This document shows, piece after piece, positions 24,064-33,806 of a stretch of 62,498 nucleotides of DNA. A program made the translations under genes and the position numbers. Within the stretch, counting starts at the first letter, position 1. The number at the start of each line of letters is the position of its first letter. The notes beneath the pieces are model-generated. The model worked only from the letters and a program-made list of their open reading frames with translations, was not told the DNA's origin and ran no database searches. Source of the stretch: an uncultured Gammaproteobacteria bacterium (GTDB lineage: Bacteria > Patescibacteriota > Patescibacteriia > UBA9934 > GWF2-40-263); NCBI GenBank assembly GCA_964359095.1, contig CAYHRJ010000001.1, positions 1 through 62,498 of the forward strand, given 5' to 3'.

Positions 24064-26571
24064 TCATTTCTTGAGAACCCGTTTCAAATACTGCCCCGTA
24101 TAACTCTTCGCATGCCGCGCAACATCCTCTGGCGTCCCTGCGATAACGACTTCCCCACCCAAATCTCCACCCTCAGGTCCAAGGTCAATAACCCAATCCG
24201 CGGTCTTGATCACGTCCAGATTGTGCTCAATTACAATGACTGAATTCCCTTTGCTCACGAGTTCATGGAGAACCTCGAGGAGTTTCTTCACATCCTCGAA
24301 GTGGAGTCCTGTCGTTGGTTCGTCCAAGAGGTACAACGTCTTTCCCGTCTGACGTTTGGCCAGCTCTGTGGAAAGTTTCACGCGCTGTGCTTCACCGCCT
24401 GAGAGTGTCGGTGCGGGCTGGCCGAGCTTCACATAGCCAAGCCCTACACGTTTAAGTGTTTCAAGTTTATCAGAGACAGCTGGGACGTCCTTGAAAAAAA
24501 CAGCGGCCTCTATCACCTCCATCTCGAGAACCTGAAAAATTGTTTTTTCCTTGTAGATGATCTCGAGCGTCTCACGATCAAACCTTCGACCTTTGCAAAT
24601 ATCGCACGTCACGTACACGGTCGGCAAGAAATGCATCTCGATGGCGATCAGTCCATGACCCTCGCAATTCTCGCACCGGCCACCAGGACGATTAAAACTG
24701 AACCGTCCTTTTTTGTACCCACGATAGCGAGCCTCTGCTGTCGAAGCAAACATGTCGCGAATCGGATCCCATGCGCCGGTGTACGTCGCGGGGTTGGATC
24801 GTGACGTGCGACCGATCGCTCCTTGATCGATCAAGATCGCCTTGTCGAGATACTCAACTCCGAGCAACGCCTCATGTGCGCCTGGAGTGTGCTTAGTTGC
24901 GTAGAGTCGCTTGCTGATTCCCTTGTACATCGTCTCATACGCGAGAGTGGATTTTCCCGAGCCTGAAACTCCTGTGATACAGACAAACCGTCGCAACGGA
25001 ATCTCGACGTTGATGTGCTTCAGATTATTTTGTGAGGCGCCCTTGATCTTGATCGCGTCCTTGCCAGGAGCACGGCGTTCTGTTGGAACATCAATTTTTT
25101 TGTCCCCACGCAAATACGCAGCGGTGAGCGATTTCTTGTCATCAATCACCTTCGACATCTCACCTTGAACAATGATGTGACCGCCATTCACTCCAGCCCC
25201 TGGACCAATCTCGACCATGTAGTCGCTCGCCAAAATTGTATCCTCATCATGTTCCACCACGATCACGGTGTTGCCGATGTCGCGTAGTTCCTCGAGTGTT
25301 TCAATCAAGCGATCATTGTCGCGCTGATGAAGTCCGATCGTTGGTTCGTCCAGCACGTACATGGCGCCAACGAGTTTCGAACCAACCTGGCTCGCGAGTC
25401 GGATACGCTGTGCCTCACCACCCGAGAGCGTCCCAGCCATGCGGTTGAGTGTCAGATAATGAAGACCGACGTCCAACATGAACTGCAGACGATTCTGAAT
25501 TTCTTTGAGGATGGATGTAGCGATCTGCGTTTGTTTCTCTGTGAGCGTGAGACTCTGAAAGTATTCAACGGCCTCCGCAATCGACATCCTCGTTATGTCG
25601 ACAATGGACTTGTGCGCCGGCAACCACACAAATAACGACTCTTTTCTCAACCTCGCTCCTGAGCACAACCCACACAGCTCTTCGGAGAACAGCTCCGCGG
25701 TTCCAAGTCCTGTACATTCAGGACAAGCCCCATACGGTGAGTTAAATGAGAACAAACGCGGCTCAATTTCAGGAAAAGAAAATCCGTCTTTTGGACAACT
25801 AAACTTGGCAGAGAGCATCTGTTCACTCTCATCTGGATAGATGATCGTCACTACATCGTTTCCACGATCCACGGCAATCTCGAGCGCGTCAGCAAGTCGC
25901 TGGCGCGCATCTTTGGGTGTGGTTGAAAAAGATGCGACCGTAATCGTATCAATCACAATCTCGATCGTGTGCTGCTTGTACCGTGCAAGTTTGATCTGCT
26001 CATCCAATCGAAACTCTTTCCCATCGATACGCACACGAGCGAATCCAGAATTGTAGAGATCGTACAACATCTGGTAGTACTCACCTTTTCTTCCTCGCAC
26101 CACCGGCGCAAGAATCTTGATAGATCCTGTCGTTCCATTTGCTTTCTCGAGAACTAAGTCCACCATCTCTTCATTGGTCAACTTCTGAATGGCTTCCCCA
26201 CAGGTGACACAATGTGGTGTTCCAACACGAGCAAACAACACGCGGAGGTAATCGTAAATCTCTGTGATCGTCGCGACCGTCGAACGTGGGTTACTGCCAT
26301 GTGCCTTCTGATCAATCGAAATCGCCGGCGACAACCCTTCGATCTCATCTACGTCTGGCTTCTCCATCTGTCCCAAAAACTGCCGCGCATACGCAGACAA
26401 CGATTCCACATACCGACGCTGTCCTTCGGCAAAAATCGTATCAAACGCCAAAGACGACTTCCCCGACCCTGAAACGCCGGTAAAGCAAATGAGTTTATTG
26501 CGCGGCAACTCTAAACTGATATTTTTCAGATTATGTTCCCGCGCACCCTTGATAATGATTTTGTCTTGCAT
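24064..26571 (-). CDS. uvrA: Excinuclease ABC subunit A (835 aa, apparently lacking the insertion domain)
   Basis: Two ABC modules ([18 protein letters not shown], 2x LSGGEAQR), zinc modules and a UvrB-binding region. Confidence 0.92.
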   Translation of the reverse strand: MQDKIIIKGAREHNLKNISLELPRNKLICFTGVSGSGKSSLAFDTIFAEGQRRYVESLSAYARQFLGQMEKPDVDEIEGLSPAISIDQKAHGSNPRSTVATITEIYDYLRVLFARVGTPHCVTCGEAIQKLTNEEMVDLVLEKANGTTGSIKILAPVVRGRKGEYYQMLYDLYNSGFARVRIDGKEFRLDEQIKLARYKQHTIEIVIDTITVASFSTTPKDARQRLADALEIAVDRGNDVVTIIYPDESEQMLSAKFSCPKDGFSFPEIEPRLFSFNSPYGACPECTGLGTAELFSEELCGLCSGARLRKESLFVWLPAHKSIVDITRMSIAEAVEYFQSLTLTEKQTQIATSILKEIQNRLQFMLDVGLHYLTLNRMAGTLSGGEAQRIRLASQVGSKLVGAMYVLDEPTIGLHQRDNDRLIETLEELRDIGNTVIVVEHDEDTILASDYMVEIGPGAGVNGGHIIVQGEMSKVIDDKKSLTAAYLRGDKKIDVPTERRAPGKDAIKIKGASQNNLKHINVEIPLRRFVCITGVSGSGKSTLAYETMYKGISKRLYATKHTPGAHEALLGVEYLDKAILIDQGAIGRTSRSNPATYTGAWDPIRDMFASTAEARYRGYKKGRFSFNRPGGRCENCEGHGLIAIEMHFLPTVYVTCDICKGRRFDRETLEIIYKEKTIFQVLEMEVIEAAVFFKDVPAVSDKLETLKRVGLGYVKLGQPAPTLSGGEAQRVKLSTELAKRQTGKTLYLLDEPTTGLHFEDVKKLLEVLHELVSKGNSVIVIEHNLDVIKTADWVIDLGPEGGDLGGEVVIAGTPEDVARHAKSYTGQYLKRVLKK

Positions 26572-26573
26572 AC

Positions 26574-28598
26574 CTATTTCTGTTTCAACTCCTTTCTGAG
26601 CAGCACAATTTCATCACGTAGGATCGCCGCAGTTTCAAAATCAAGTTTCTTCGCAGCTTCCTTCATCTCATACTCTTTTTCATTGATGACTTCTTTGATC
26701 TCATGCGGCTCAGCTGTCAGCTCAAGTTTCAAGATCGCTTCCGTAGATTTCTCATCGCCACCGAGCATGGTACGAATGTCGTGAATCTGTTTTTCGATCG
26801 ACTTGGGTGTGATCCCATGCTTCTTGTTATACGCGAGCTGAATTTTCCGACGACGATTTGTTTCCTTGATGGCACGCGTGAGCGATCCTGTCATCTCATC
26901 GGCATACAGAATCACCTCGCCTTTCACATTACGCGCTGCACGACCGATCGTTTGAATGATAGACGTTTCGGAACGCAAGAATCCTTCTTTGTCCGCGTCC
27001 AGAATCGCAACGAGTGTCACCTCGGGAAGATCGAGTCCTTCACGCAACAAGTTGACTCCCACAATGACGTCATAGACTCCGCGGCGCAAGTCAGAGAGCG
27101 TGGTGATGCGATCAAGTGTCTTCACGTCTGAGTGCAGATACTGCACCTTGATGCCTTTCTCAATAAGAAACTCCGTGAGATCCTCAGCCATTTTTTTTGT
27201 GAGCGTTGTGACCAGGGTTCGCTCCTTGTTTGGAACGCGCTTCACGATCTCGGCAATGAGATCTTCTACTTGGCCAGGATAGTCGTCCTTCGATGTGACT
27301 CCTCGCACCGTAATCACAGGATCTACAAGTCCTGTCGGTCGAATAATCTGCTCCACAACTTTCCCTGAATGTTCTTTCTCGTACTTCCCTGGCGTGGCGC
27401 TCACAAATACCACTTGCCCCATCCGCTGCTCAAACTCAGTAAACTGCAGTGGGCGATTATCCTTCGCGCTCGGCAAACGAAAACCATGCTCGACCAGTGT
27501 GTTCTTGCGCGCGCGGTCACCGTTGTACATACCGCCGACTTGGGAGACAGTCACATGACTCTCGTCGATCATGAGCAAGTAATCTTTTGGAAAATAATCA
27601 ATGAGTGTGTACGGTGGCTCACCAGGTGCGCGACCATCAAAGTGACGAGAATAATTTTCAATGCCATTGCAATAACCGACGTTCTGAATCATCTCGAGAT
27701 CGAAACGTGTGCGACGAGAGAGACGCTCGGCTTCGAGAAGCTTTCCTTCCTTGTCGAATCGATCCAGTTGTTCTTGAAGTTCAAACCGAATACCACGCAC
27801 AGCTTGAGCCTGCCGTGGTTGAGAGACGACATAGTGCTTGGCTGGAAAAATCCAAACGTCCTTTAACTCTTCGCGGATTTTGCGCGTGATGGCGTCGAGC
27901 GCTTGCATCGACTTGATCATCTCGTCTTCGTACACCAACCGATACACGACCTCCTCCTGCATCGGCATCACCTCGACAATGTCACCGCGTGCTCTGAAAT
28001 GGCCGCGTGTTAGATCAGCGGTCGTACGCTCAAACTGCATGTCGGTGAGACGACGCAGTAAAAAATTTCTATTCAAAGGGCCTTCAGGCCCGTCCGAACG
28101 ATCGCCCCTGAAGGGGCTTTGAATATGAAGGACTGACCGCTCATATTCTTCCGGACTCCCCAGCGCATAAATGCACGACACACTCGCCACGATAATCACG
28201 TCCCGCCGAGACAGCACAGACTGCGTCGCTGCGTGACGAAGCCGATCAATCTCTTCGTTGATCATGGCTTCCTTCTCGATGTAGGTGTCTGTGCGCGGCA
28301 TGTACGCCTCGGGTTGGTAGTAATCGTAGTAACTCACAAAATACTCAACCGCGTTCTCAGGAAAAAATTCTCGAAACTCGTTGCACAGCTGCGCTGCAAG
28401 TGTTTTGTTGTGAGCGATCACAAGTGTGGGTCGTTGCACGTTCTGTATGACGTTGGCCATCGTGAACGTCTTTCCTGATCCTGTGACACCAAGCAATGTT
28501 TGCGCACGTTCTCCACCCAAAACACCAGCCGTCAACTGTTCGATGGCCTTGGGCTGATCGCCTGCAGGTTGGTAGGGAGAGAGGAGTTTGAAATTCAT
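26574..28598 (-). CDS. uvrB: Excinuclease ABC subunit B
   Basis: [13 protein letters not shown], helicase motifs and a C-terminal UVR domain ([12 protein letters not shown]). Confidence 0.93.
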   Translation of the reverse strand: MNFKLLSPYQPAGDQPKAIEQLTAGVLGGERAQTLLGVTGSGKTFTMANVIQNVQRPTLVIAHNKTLAAQLCNEFREFFPENAVEYFVSYYDYYQPEAYMPRTDTYIEKEAMINEEIDRLRHAATQSVLSRRDVIIVASVSCIYALGSPEEYERSVLHIQSPFRGDRSDGPEGPLNRNFLLRRLTDMQFERTTADLTRGHFRARGDIVEVMPMQEEVVYRLVYEDEMIKSMQALDAITRKIREELKDVWIFPAKHYVVSQPRQAQAVRGIRFELQEQLDRFDKEGKLLEAERLSRRTRFDLEMIQNVGYCNGIENYSRHFDGRAPGEPPYTLIDYFPKDYLLMIDESHVTVSQVGGMYNGDRARKNTLVEHGFRLPSAKDNRPLQFTEFEQRMGQVVFVSATPGKYEKEHSGKVVEQIIRPTGLVDPVITVRGVTSKDDYPGQVEDLIAEIVKRVPNKERTLVTTLTKKMAEDLTEFLIEKGIKVQYLHSDVKTLDRITTLSDLRRGVYDVIVGVNLLREGLDLPEVTLVAILDADKEGFLRSETSIIQTIGRAARNVKGEVILYADEMTGSLTRAIKETNRRRKIQLAYNKKHGITPKSIEKQIHDIRTMLGGDEKSTEAILKLELTAEPHEIKEVINEKEYEMKEAAKKLDFETAAILRDEIVLLRKELKQK
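28075..28120. repeat. GC-rich twin-hairpin segment, in-frame inside uvrB
   Basis: gggcc-ttca-ggccc and cccc-tgaa-gggg hairpins, encoding [15 protein letters not shown]. Confidence 0.6.
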
Positions 28599-28644
28599 AG
28601 CGAATTTCCCCCTAGAACGGTTGTCCTAGGGGGTGGAATCTGTG

Positions 28645-28678
28645 CCTGCCCGCCGTAGCCCAGCAGGGCGAAGGTGGG
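28645..28678. repeat. Truncated PE-A copy (outer arms only, inverted orientation)
   Basis: The reverse complement, cccaccttcgcc...gctacggcgggcagg, matches the PE-A arms. Confidence 0.55.
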
Positions 28679-28826
28679 TCTTCACGACGACCAGAATACC
28701 ACTAACTCACTAAACTGCCCATTCCACGGAGGCTTAACCCCCGCGGCGCGGAGGCTAAGCCTCCGCAGCTATTGAGGAAAATAGAAAACGACCACCGTGG
28801 AGGTCGGTGATCGTGAGTAGCTTGTC

Positions 28827-29252
28827 TCAATTGGCGATGTCCTCCGGCGCCTCGTGCGTGAGGCCGCCGATCAGACGAAGCGCAGCAACTTGAGCAAGTT
28901 CGGGAGCGCGTGAGTGGAACTTCACCGGAAGCCTACATTGAATCCAGGCGATGAACAGACGCTGAGCCGGTGACAGCATGGTTCCGGGAAGCTCCCGAGC
29001 CACATCCACGACCCAGGCATTCCAAGCGTGAAGGGTGTTGAGGAAGAACGCTGCATACACACCGTTGCGCGTTCCGGAAAGCCGTCGCCAATTCTCGGCA
29101 TCGCGATGAAGTGGATACGTTTCCGCCATGTACGCGTAGATAACATCATCTCCCAGCTTGGCTTCGTAGATTGCAGTGATGACAGCTTGCACAGCCGCGT
29201 CTCGCTCACACACAAGCCGAGCTCGGCCATCACGGGAAAGAAGTGCATCCAT
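28827..29252 (-). CDS. Hypothetical protein (141 aa), GC-rich orphan
   Basis: Start set at ATG 29252 (MDALLSRDG), which is preceded by AGAGGAG six nt upstream. Confidence 0.55.
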   Translation of the reverse strand: MDALLSRDGRARLVCERDAAVQAVITAIYEAKLGDDVIYAYMAETYPLHRDAENWRRLSGTRNGVYAAFFLNTLHAWNAWVVDVARELPGTMLSPAQRLFIAWIQCRLPVKFHSRAPELAQVAALRLIGGLTHEAPEDIAN

Positions 29253-29335
29253 GATTACTCCTCTGTTGGAGGTTATCATGGGCACTCAGACAAATCAAAA
29301 ACAGCTCAGACGTAACGTCGGTGCTGTTTTATCGA

Positions 29336-29656
29336 CTAGTTCGCTATCTTGCCTAAATCTCCTTGTAATCTTTGCATTTGGAATTTGAGTGTGTTGACTG
29401 TTGTCTCCTTTGCATAGGCTTGGTCAGATAAGCCATCCCGACGCAGGCGTGCTGCCGCTCGATTAGCTTCATCAACACGAGATTGAATTTCGCGGATCTG
29501 TCCCATCAATTGTGTGCGATCTGCTTCCTTATTTACAGGAACATGCTCAAAAGGACGTGCGGGGTGCTGAGGCGGTCGATTCCCTGGTGCCTGCCAATTG
29601 GCGAACTGATTTTTTCCATCGCGATTATCTATTCCCATAGACCAATAGAATATCAA
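29336..29656 (-). CDS. Hypothetical protein (106 aa)
   Basis: ORF only, with a coiled-coil-like C-terminus. No motif recognised. Confidence 0.4.
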   Translation of the reverse strand: MIFYWSMGIDNRDGKNQFANWQAPGNRPPQHPARPFEHVPVNKEADRTQLMGQIREIQSRVDEANRAAARLRRDGLSDQAYAKETTVNTLKFQMQRLQGDLGKIAN

Positions 29657-29688
29657 ATTTCAGCCAAAAAGTCAAATTGTGGCGCATG

Positions 29689-29937
29689 TTAGTCTTGTGA
29701 TCCTGCCTCGCCCGTAGGACGGGCACGGCCGAGGGTCGCTACACTGTATCCCAGGTTCTTCACGACTGTATGAAGATCGTCCTCATGAACATGTTCCTCA
29801 TGATCCACTGCCGCACTTGCCAGCGCGTAATTTACATTCGCGGATTTCACTCCTGGTTGTTTGCCAAGCTCAGACTCGATGTTCACAGCACACGACGCAC
29901 AGTGCATGCCTGTAATTTTGAAAGTGGTGTGTCTCAT
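29689..29937 (-). CDS. Heavy-metal-associated (HMA) domain metallochaperone, CopZ-like
   Basis: GMHCASC (GMxCxxC) motif near the N-terminus. Confidence 0.8.
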   Translation of the reverse strand: MRHTTFKITGMHCASCAVNIESELGKQPGVKSANVNYALASAAVDHEEHVHEDDLHTVVKNLGYSVATLGRARPTGEAGSQD

Positions 29938-31079
29938 AAACTTTTCGTTACGACCATGGTTCCACGCACCATCCCCATCGCACAGCTAAACACGTACTCG
30001 CCAGGATCTTTTGGTGTAAACGTGACAAGGTTGTCACCAGGTTTCAACCGCGTGCTGATTCCGAGTCCTCGTGAGACAAGCGTTTCTGCGCAACCCATGA
30101 ACTCAGGCGCAAAAATTTCCCATTTGACTGGGATGTCCTCGACGACCTGCAACACATCTGGTGCGTAGAAGCCACTACTCAATTCCATTTGAATAATCTG
30201 TTTGCCATCTACGATCATCACGGCTTGCTCAGCCGCCTTGAGTTTCTCCCGTGTCACATCACCAGGCGACGAAACGCCGAGCAATGTCATTCCGTTCAAG
30301 AGCTGCGACAATCCGATGACGAGAACAAGAATGCCAGCGATCTGCGTAATACGTTTTAGTGTCCGACCATGAGCAATCGACGTCGCCGTCCCCAAACCAA
30401 GCAAGACCGGCAGCGTTCCAAGCGCGAACACAATCATAATCGACGCGGCGATATTAGGATTTCCTGTTGACAGAGCAAAGAGCTGAACAGACTGAGTAAA
30501 TCCACATGGCAAAAAGAATGTAAGTGTGCCCAGCACAAACGGGATAGCGGGATGATGTGAATCTTGCAACTTGAGAATCCGTCTGGCCATCCACAGTGGT
30601 GGATGCAATCGAAAAAATCCAGGGGAAAGAAGGTCGAGCAAGTTAGCGCCCAAGCCTAACATCAAAATAGAAACAAGTATCACAAACAGGGCGTTCAATT
30701 CTGTGGACAACGCTATGACAGAACCTATGGCACCGACCACGGCACCAAAGACTCCGAATCCGATCAGTCGCCCTAGATTAAACAGAATGTGCGGACGAAG
30801 GCGATCATGGATAGATTCTCTTGTATGTGTTTTTGCATGGTTGGCTGAGAGAGCAACAATAAGACCTGAAAGAATAGCGGTGCATGACGAGACAGAAGCC
30901 ACCAAGCCAATGAAAAAAATGGCAATCAAGCCCTGAGCATCGTTAATGCTGGGGGAGACAGAGAGAAAACCAAACTTGTTTAAGATGTACCAGAGAGCCA
31001 CGACGACCAAGAGAATCCCGACTGATCGTCGAACGTGGAATGCGTGTCCAGACATAAAATCAAAAAAACAGAAGAACAA
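29934..31079 (-). CDS. TauE/SafE-like permease fused to a C-terminal cupredoxin-like domain
   Basis: About 7 transmembrane helices, then a soluble domain ending EYVFSCAMGMVRGTMVV. It overlaps the HMA gene by 4 nt. Confidence 0.6.
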   Translation of the reverse strand: MFFCFFDFMSGHAFHVRRSVGILLVVVALWYILNKFGFLSVSPSINDAQGLIAIFFIGLVASVSSCTAILSGLIVALSANHAKTHTRESIHDRLRPHILFNLGRLIGFGVFGAVVGAIGSVIALSTELNALFVILVSILMLGLGANLLDLLSPGFFRLHPPLWMARRILKLQDSHHPAIPFVLGTLTFFLPCGFTQSVQLFALSTGNPNIAASIMIVFALGTLPVLLGLGTATSIAHGRTLKRITQIAGILVLVIGLSQLLNGMTLLGVSSPGDVTREKLKAAEQAVMIVDGKQIIQMELSSGFYAPDVLQVVEDIPVKWEIFAPEFMGCAETLVSRGLGISTRLKPGDNLVTFTPKDPGEYVFSCAMGMVRGTMVVTKSL

Positions 31080-31162
31080 TGAGTTAGAACCTCACGGACT
31101 TCTTGTGTTCATTCGAGCCAAATACGACGAGCAAAGCCCTCATGCGTGAAAAGCGTTTCATG

Positions 31163-31657
31163 TTACTTCAATCTATCCAATCCAATCTCTCGCATCGATC
31201 GCGCGACTTCATCAGGAACTTTGCTTGACCAGTCCCCACCTGTTTTTACCAAGGTACGCACGGCTGTTGAACTGAGTCCGGGAACTTCCTTAATGGCTTT
31301 GATCGGCAATTTCCCTTCAAAACATTTCTTCGTTTGTTCGTTTCCTGTCCATACCGCATTGATATGACCTGCGAGCTCCATCACCTGCTTCACCCACGTC
31401 GCGTCATCAGCATGATCAGGTAATTCGATAAAGTTGATATCAAACATCGGGATAAGATCTTCATCTTGAAGGGCGGCCTGGATCATCTCCTTGCGTTCTT
31501 GCGCTGAGTAAGGATTCTCAGCAGATCGAGATCGGTCAGAACTCCCAATCCCAATAATAATTTTACCGCAGAGTTTGGTCATGCCTTGCACCACAAGATG
31601 ATGACCGTTGTGATAGGGCTGAAAGCGACCGATGAAAAGACAGGTTGGTTTGACCAT
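31163..31657 (-). CDS. Nicotinamide-nucleotide adenylyltransferase (archaeal/NadM-type cytidylyltransferase fold)
   Basis: GRFQPYHNGH (HxGH) motif. 164 aa. Confidence 0.75.
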   Translation of the reverse strand: MVKPTCLFIGRFQPYHNGHHLVVQGMTKLCGKIIIGIGSSDRSRSAENPYSAQERKEMIQAALQDEDLIPMFDINFIELPDHADDATWVKQVMELAGHINAVWTGNEQTKKCFEGKLPIKAIKEVPGLSSTAVRTLVKTGGDWSSKVPDEVARSMREIGLDRLK

Positions 31658-31706
31658 ACCACTCTATTTTGCCATAACGCAGCGCCTATGCCAAGCTATG
31701 TGTTGT

Positions 31707-32510
31707 ATGCTTGGTATTTTCGATTCTGGCTTTGGCGGGCTCACCGTCTTGAAACCGATTCATGAGCGACTTCCTAGGATCTCGACGGTTTATCTCGGTG
31801 ATAATACACGAGCACCATACGGTGTTAGGTCGCAAGAGGAAATCTTTCAGTTCACGCTTGAAGGCGTGAGATTTTTGTTTGAGAAAGGCTGTCCGCTAGT
31901 GATTCTCGCGTGCAATACAGCCTCATCTCAGGCGCTGCGAAAAATTCAACAAGAAGTCTTGCCTCGAGAATTTCCTGATCATCGCGTCCTGGGCGTCATC
32001 CGTCCAGCTTCGGAGTATCTCGCCAAGCATGGTCGCCGCGTGGGGATATTCGCGACTCCTGCAACAGTCGAATCAAACGCTTACGTCCACGAGCTCTACA
32101 AACTAAATCCAAACATCAAGGTGACTCAACTAGCGTGTCCTGGACTCACGGACCTGATCGAATCCGGACAACAAGAAGACGGAAACTGCGATCGACTGGT
32201 AAAGCACTTTGTGGACGAACTTCTTGACAAAGATCCACAGATCGAAGAAATCCTTCTCGCATGCACGCACTATCAACTCATCGAAAACCTGTTCCGCAAA
32301 CATGTTCCTCCTAACATTCACGTGTTGACGCAAGGTAAGATCGTGGCTGAGAGTCTGGCCACATACCTCACGCAGCATCCAGAGATCAATGATCGACTTG
32401 AACAAACTGGTTCAAGAACGTACTACACCACCAACGAAGATGAGATCTCACATCTAGCCTCACTCTTTTACGGAAGAGACATTCAGTTTCAAAAGGCTCT
32501 CTTGAAATAA
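31707..32510 (+). CDS. murI: Glutamate racemase
   Basis: MLGIFDSGFGGLTV...LACNTAS...LACTHY motifs. Start set at the ATG at 31707. Confidence 0.9.
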   Translation: MLGIFDSGFGGLTVLKPIHERLPRISTVYLGDNTRAPYGVRSQEEIFQFTLEGVRFLFEKGCPLVILACNTASSQALRKIQQEVLPREFPDHRVLGVIRPASEYLAKHGRRVGIFATPATVESNAYVHELYKLNPNIKVTQLACPGLTDLIESGQQEDGNCDRLVKHFVDELLDKDPQIEEILLACTHYQLIENLFRKHVPPNIHVLTQGKIVAESLATYLTQHPEINDRLEQTGSRTYYTTNEDEISHLASLFYGRDIQFQKALLK

Positions 32511-32597
32511 AACACAAGAATGCTTATTATCCTTGGCGTACTCTAATATATTCGGGGAGATGGCCTTTACGGACTCGGCCATACCCCCATCGTTCGC

Positions 32598-32671
32598 TCG
32601 GGGATCGTCTAACGGCAGGACAGCAGCCTTTGAAGCTGTGAATCTTGGTTCGATTCCAAGTCCCCGAACCA
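32598..32671 (+). tRNA. tRNA-Gln (anticodon TTG), CCA encoded
   Basis: Perfect acceptor tcgggga/tccccga, anticodon loop cTTTGaa and T arm cttgg-ttcgatt-ccaag. Confidence 0.88.
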
Positions 32672-32797
32672 CAACACGTCCAGAATTGGCGCCTCGCTTG
32701 TGCTTCGAAAGAAAATCACCTCACCGTAGGATTACCTACGACTCGGCGATTTTCTTTCTCCAGCACGGCGCGATGCATCCAATTTTGGACGTGTTGT
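32671..32797. repeat. 127-nt long imperfect hairpin starting at the terminal A of tRNA-Gln
   Basis: Pairings include acaacacgtccagaattgg/ccaattttggacgtgttgt, gaaagaaaatcacc/ggcgattttctttc and cgtagg/cctacg. Confidence 0.8.
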
Positions 32798-32809
32798 ATT
32801 AGGTGAACC

Positions 32810-33724
32810 CTACACTTTCAAAAATCTCCTCATCGCCAAGATCGTTGAAAAAATTGAGACGAGGACTAATCCTAAATATTCTAGACCAAAGATCACCAGG
32901 CCATTGCTTGTAAAGTATTCCATAAGCCCAGCGGACTCGGTTCCAAAATAGACGCCAAATTGAGGTTCAAGAAAAGCCAAAATTGGAAACAATATTCCCA
33001 TGCTTGCTCCTACCGCGATGAGACTGAGCAGCATCATCTCCAAGTAAAAGGGTGCTTTGATAAACCAATTGCTGGCACCGACCAGTCGCATAATCCCGAT
33101 CTCTTCACGATGGATGAAAATCCCGATCCGAACCGTGTTAAACACAATGAGAATCGCTATCAACAAGAAAATAATCGAGAGCGCAATGCCGAAGGTACGA
33201 ATGCGATCAGTGGTAGACCGAATGCGCTCCACGATCTGCTCGTAGTCAGAAAAATCTTTATCACGGATGTCATCACGAAACTGTGGGTTTTCCAGCGCGT
33301 CTAAAATAAGATCAAAATCTCCTACTGAGTTGGCCTTGATGACAAGCGTGGGTCCAAACGGATTCTCACCGAGCTCCTCCAAAGACGCCATAATCTCTTC
33401 GTCGTTTGCATGGCGCAGAACAAATTGATCGTACGCTTCCTGTGCCGTGATCGTCTCAACATCTCTCACTTGAGCAAGTCCTCGCAAATACGAAACAGCG
33501 CTATCCACCGTTTCCTGCTCAGCATACTCCTCAAAATACACAGACACTTCAATGCGATCCTCGACTAGTCCAATCGCCCGCTGCGTTACCACGTTTAAGA
33601 CAAGTAGGATGTTGACGGTGAGAAGCGTCATGATGAGCATGCTAATGGTGATAATCGACAACCAAAAATTCCTCCAGAAATTTTGAAAAGCGAATTTGGT
33701 GACGCGGTAACTGGATACGAGCAT
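32810..33724 (-). CDS. ftsX: Cell division ABC transporter permease FtsX
   Basis: FtsX topology: one TM, a periplasmic domain, then three TM. It follows ftsE. Start set at the ATG at 33724. Confidence 0.85.
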   Translation of the reverse strand: MLVSSYRVTKFAFQNFWRNFWLSIITISMLIMTLLTVNILLVLNVVTQRAIGLVEDRIEVSVYFEEYAEQETVDSAVSYLRGLAQVRDVETITAQEAYDQFVLRHANDEEIMASLEELGENPFGPTLVIKANSVGDFDLILDALENPQFRDDIRDKDFSDYEQIVERIRSTTDRIRTFGIALSIIFLLIAILIVFNTVRIGIFIHREEIGIMRLVGASNWFIKAPFYLEMMLLSLIAVGASMGILFPILAFLEPQFGVYFGTESAGLMEYFTSNGLVIFGLEYLGLVLVSIFSTILAMRRFLKV

Positions 33725-33725
33725 A

Positions 33726-33806
33726 GGTGGAAAAGGTGGGGAGGTGGGGAGGTGGGGAGGTGGTTCCGGATTCCGAACACCGCTCCACCCTTCCACCTCT
33801 CCACCT
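33726..33806. repeat. G-rich hairpin with 3x GGTGGGGA octamer between ftsE and ftsX
   Basis: ggtggggaggtggggaggtggggaggtgg opposite ccacccttccacctctccacc. Confidence 0.75.

Noticed and set aside
33735-33765. GGTGGGGA x3 tract as a G-quadruplex or microsatellite
   Set aside because: There are only three GGGG runs plus flanking GG, and the tract is paired with a C-rich arm 30 nt away. I treat it as one arm of the PE-D-type hairpin rather than a separate G4 element.
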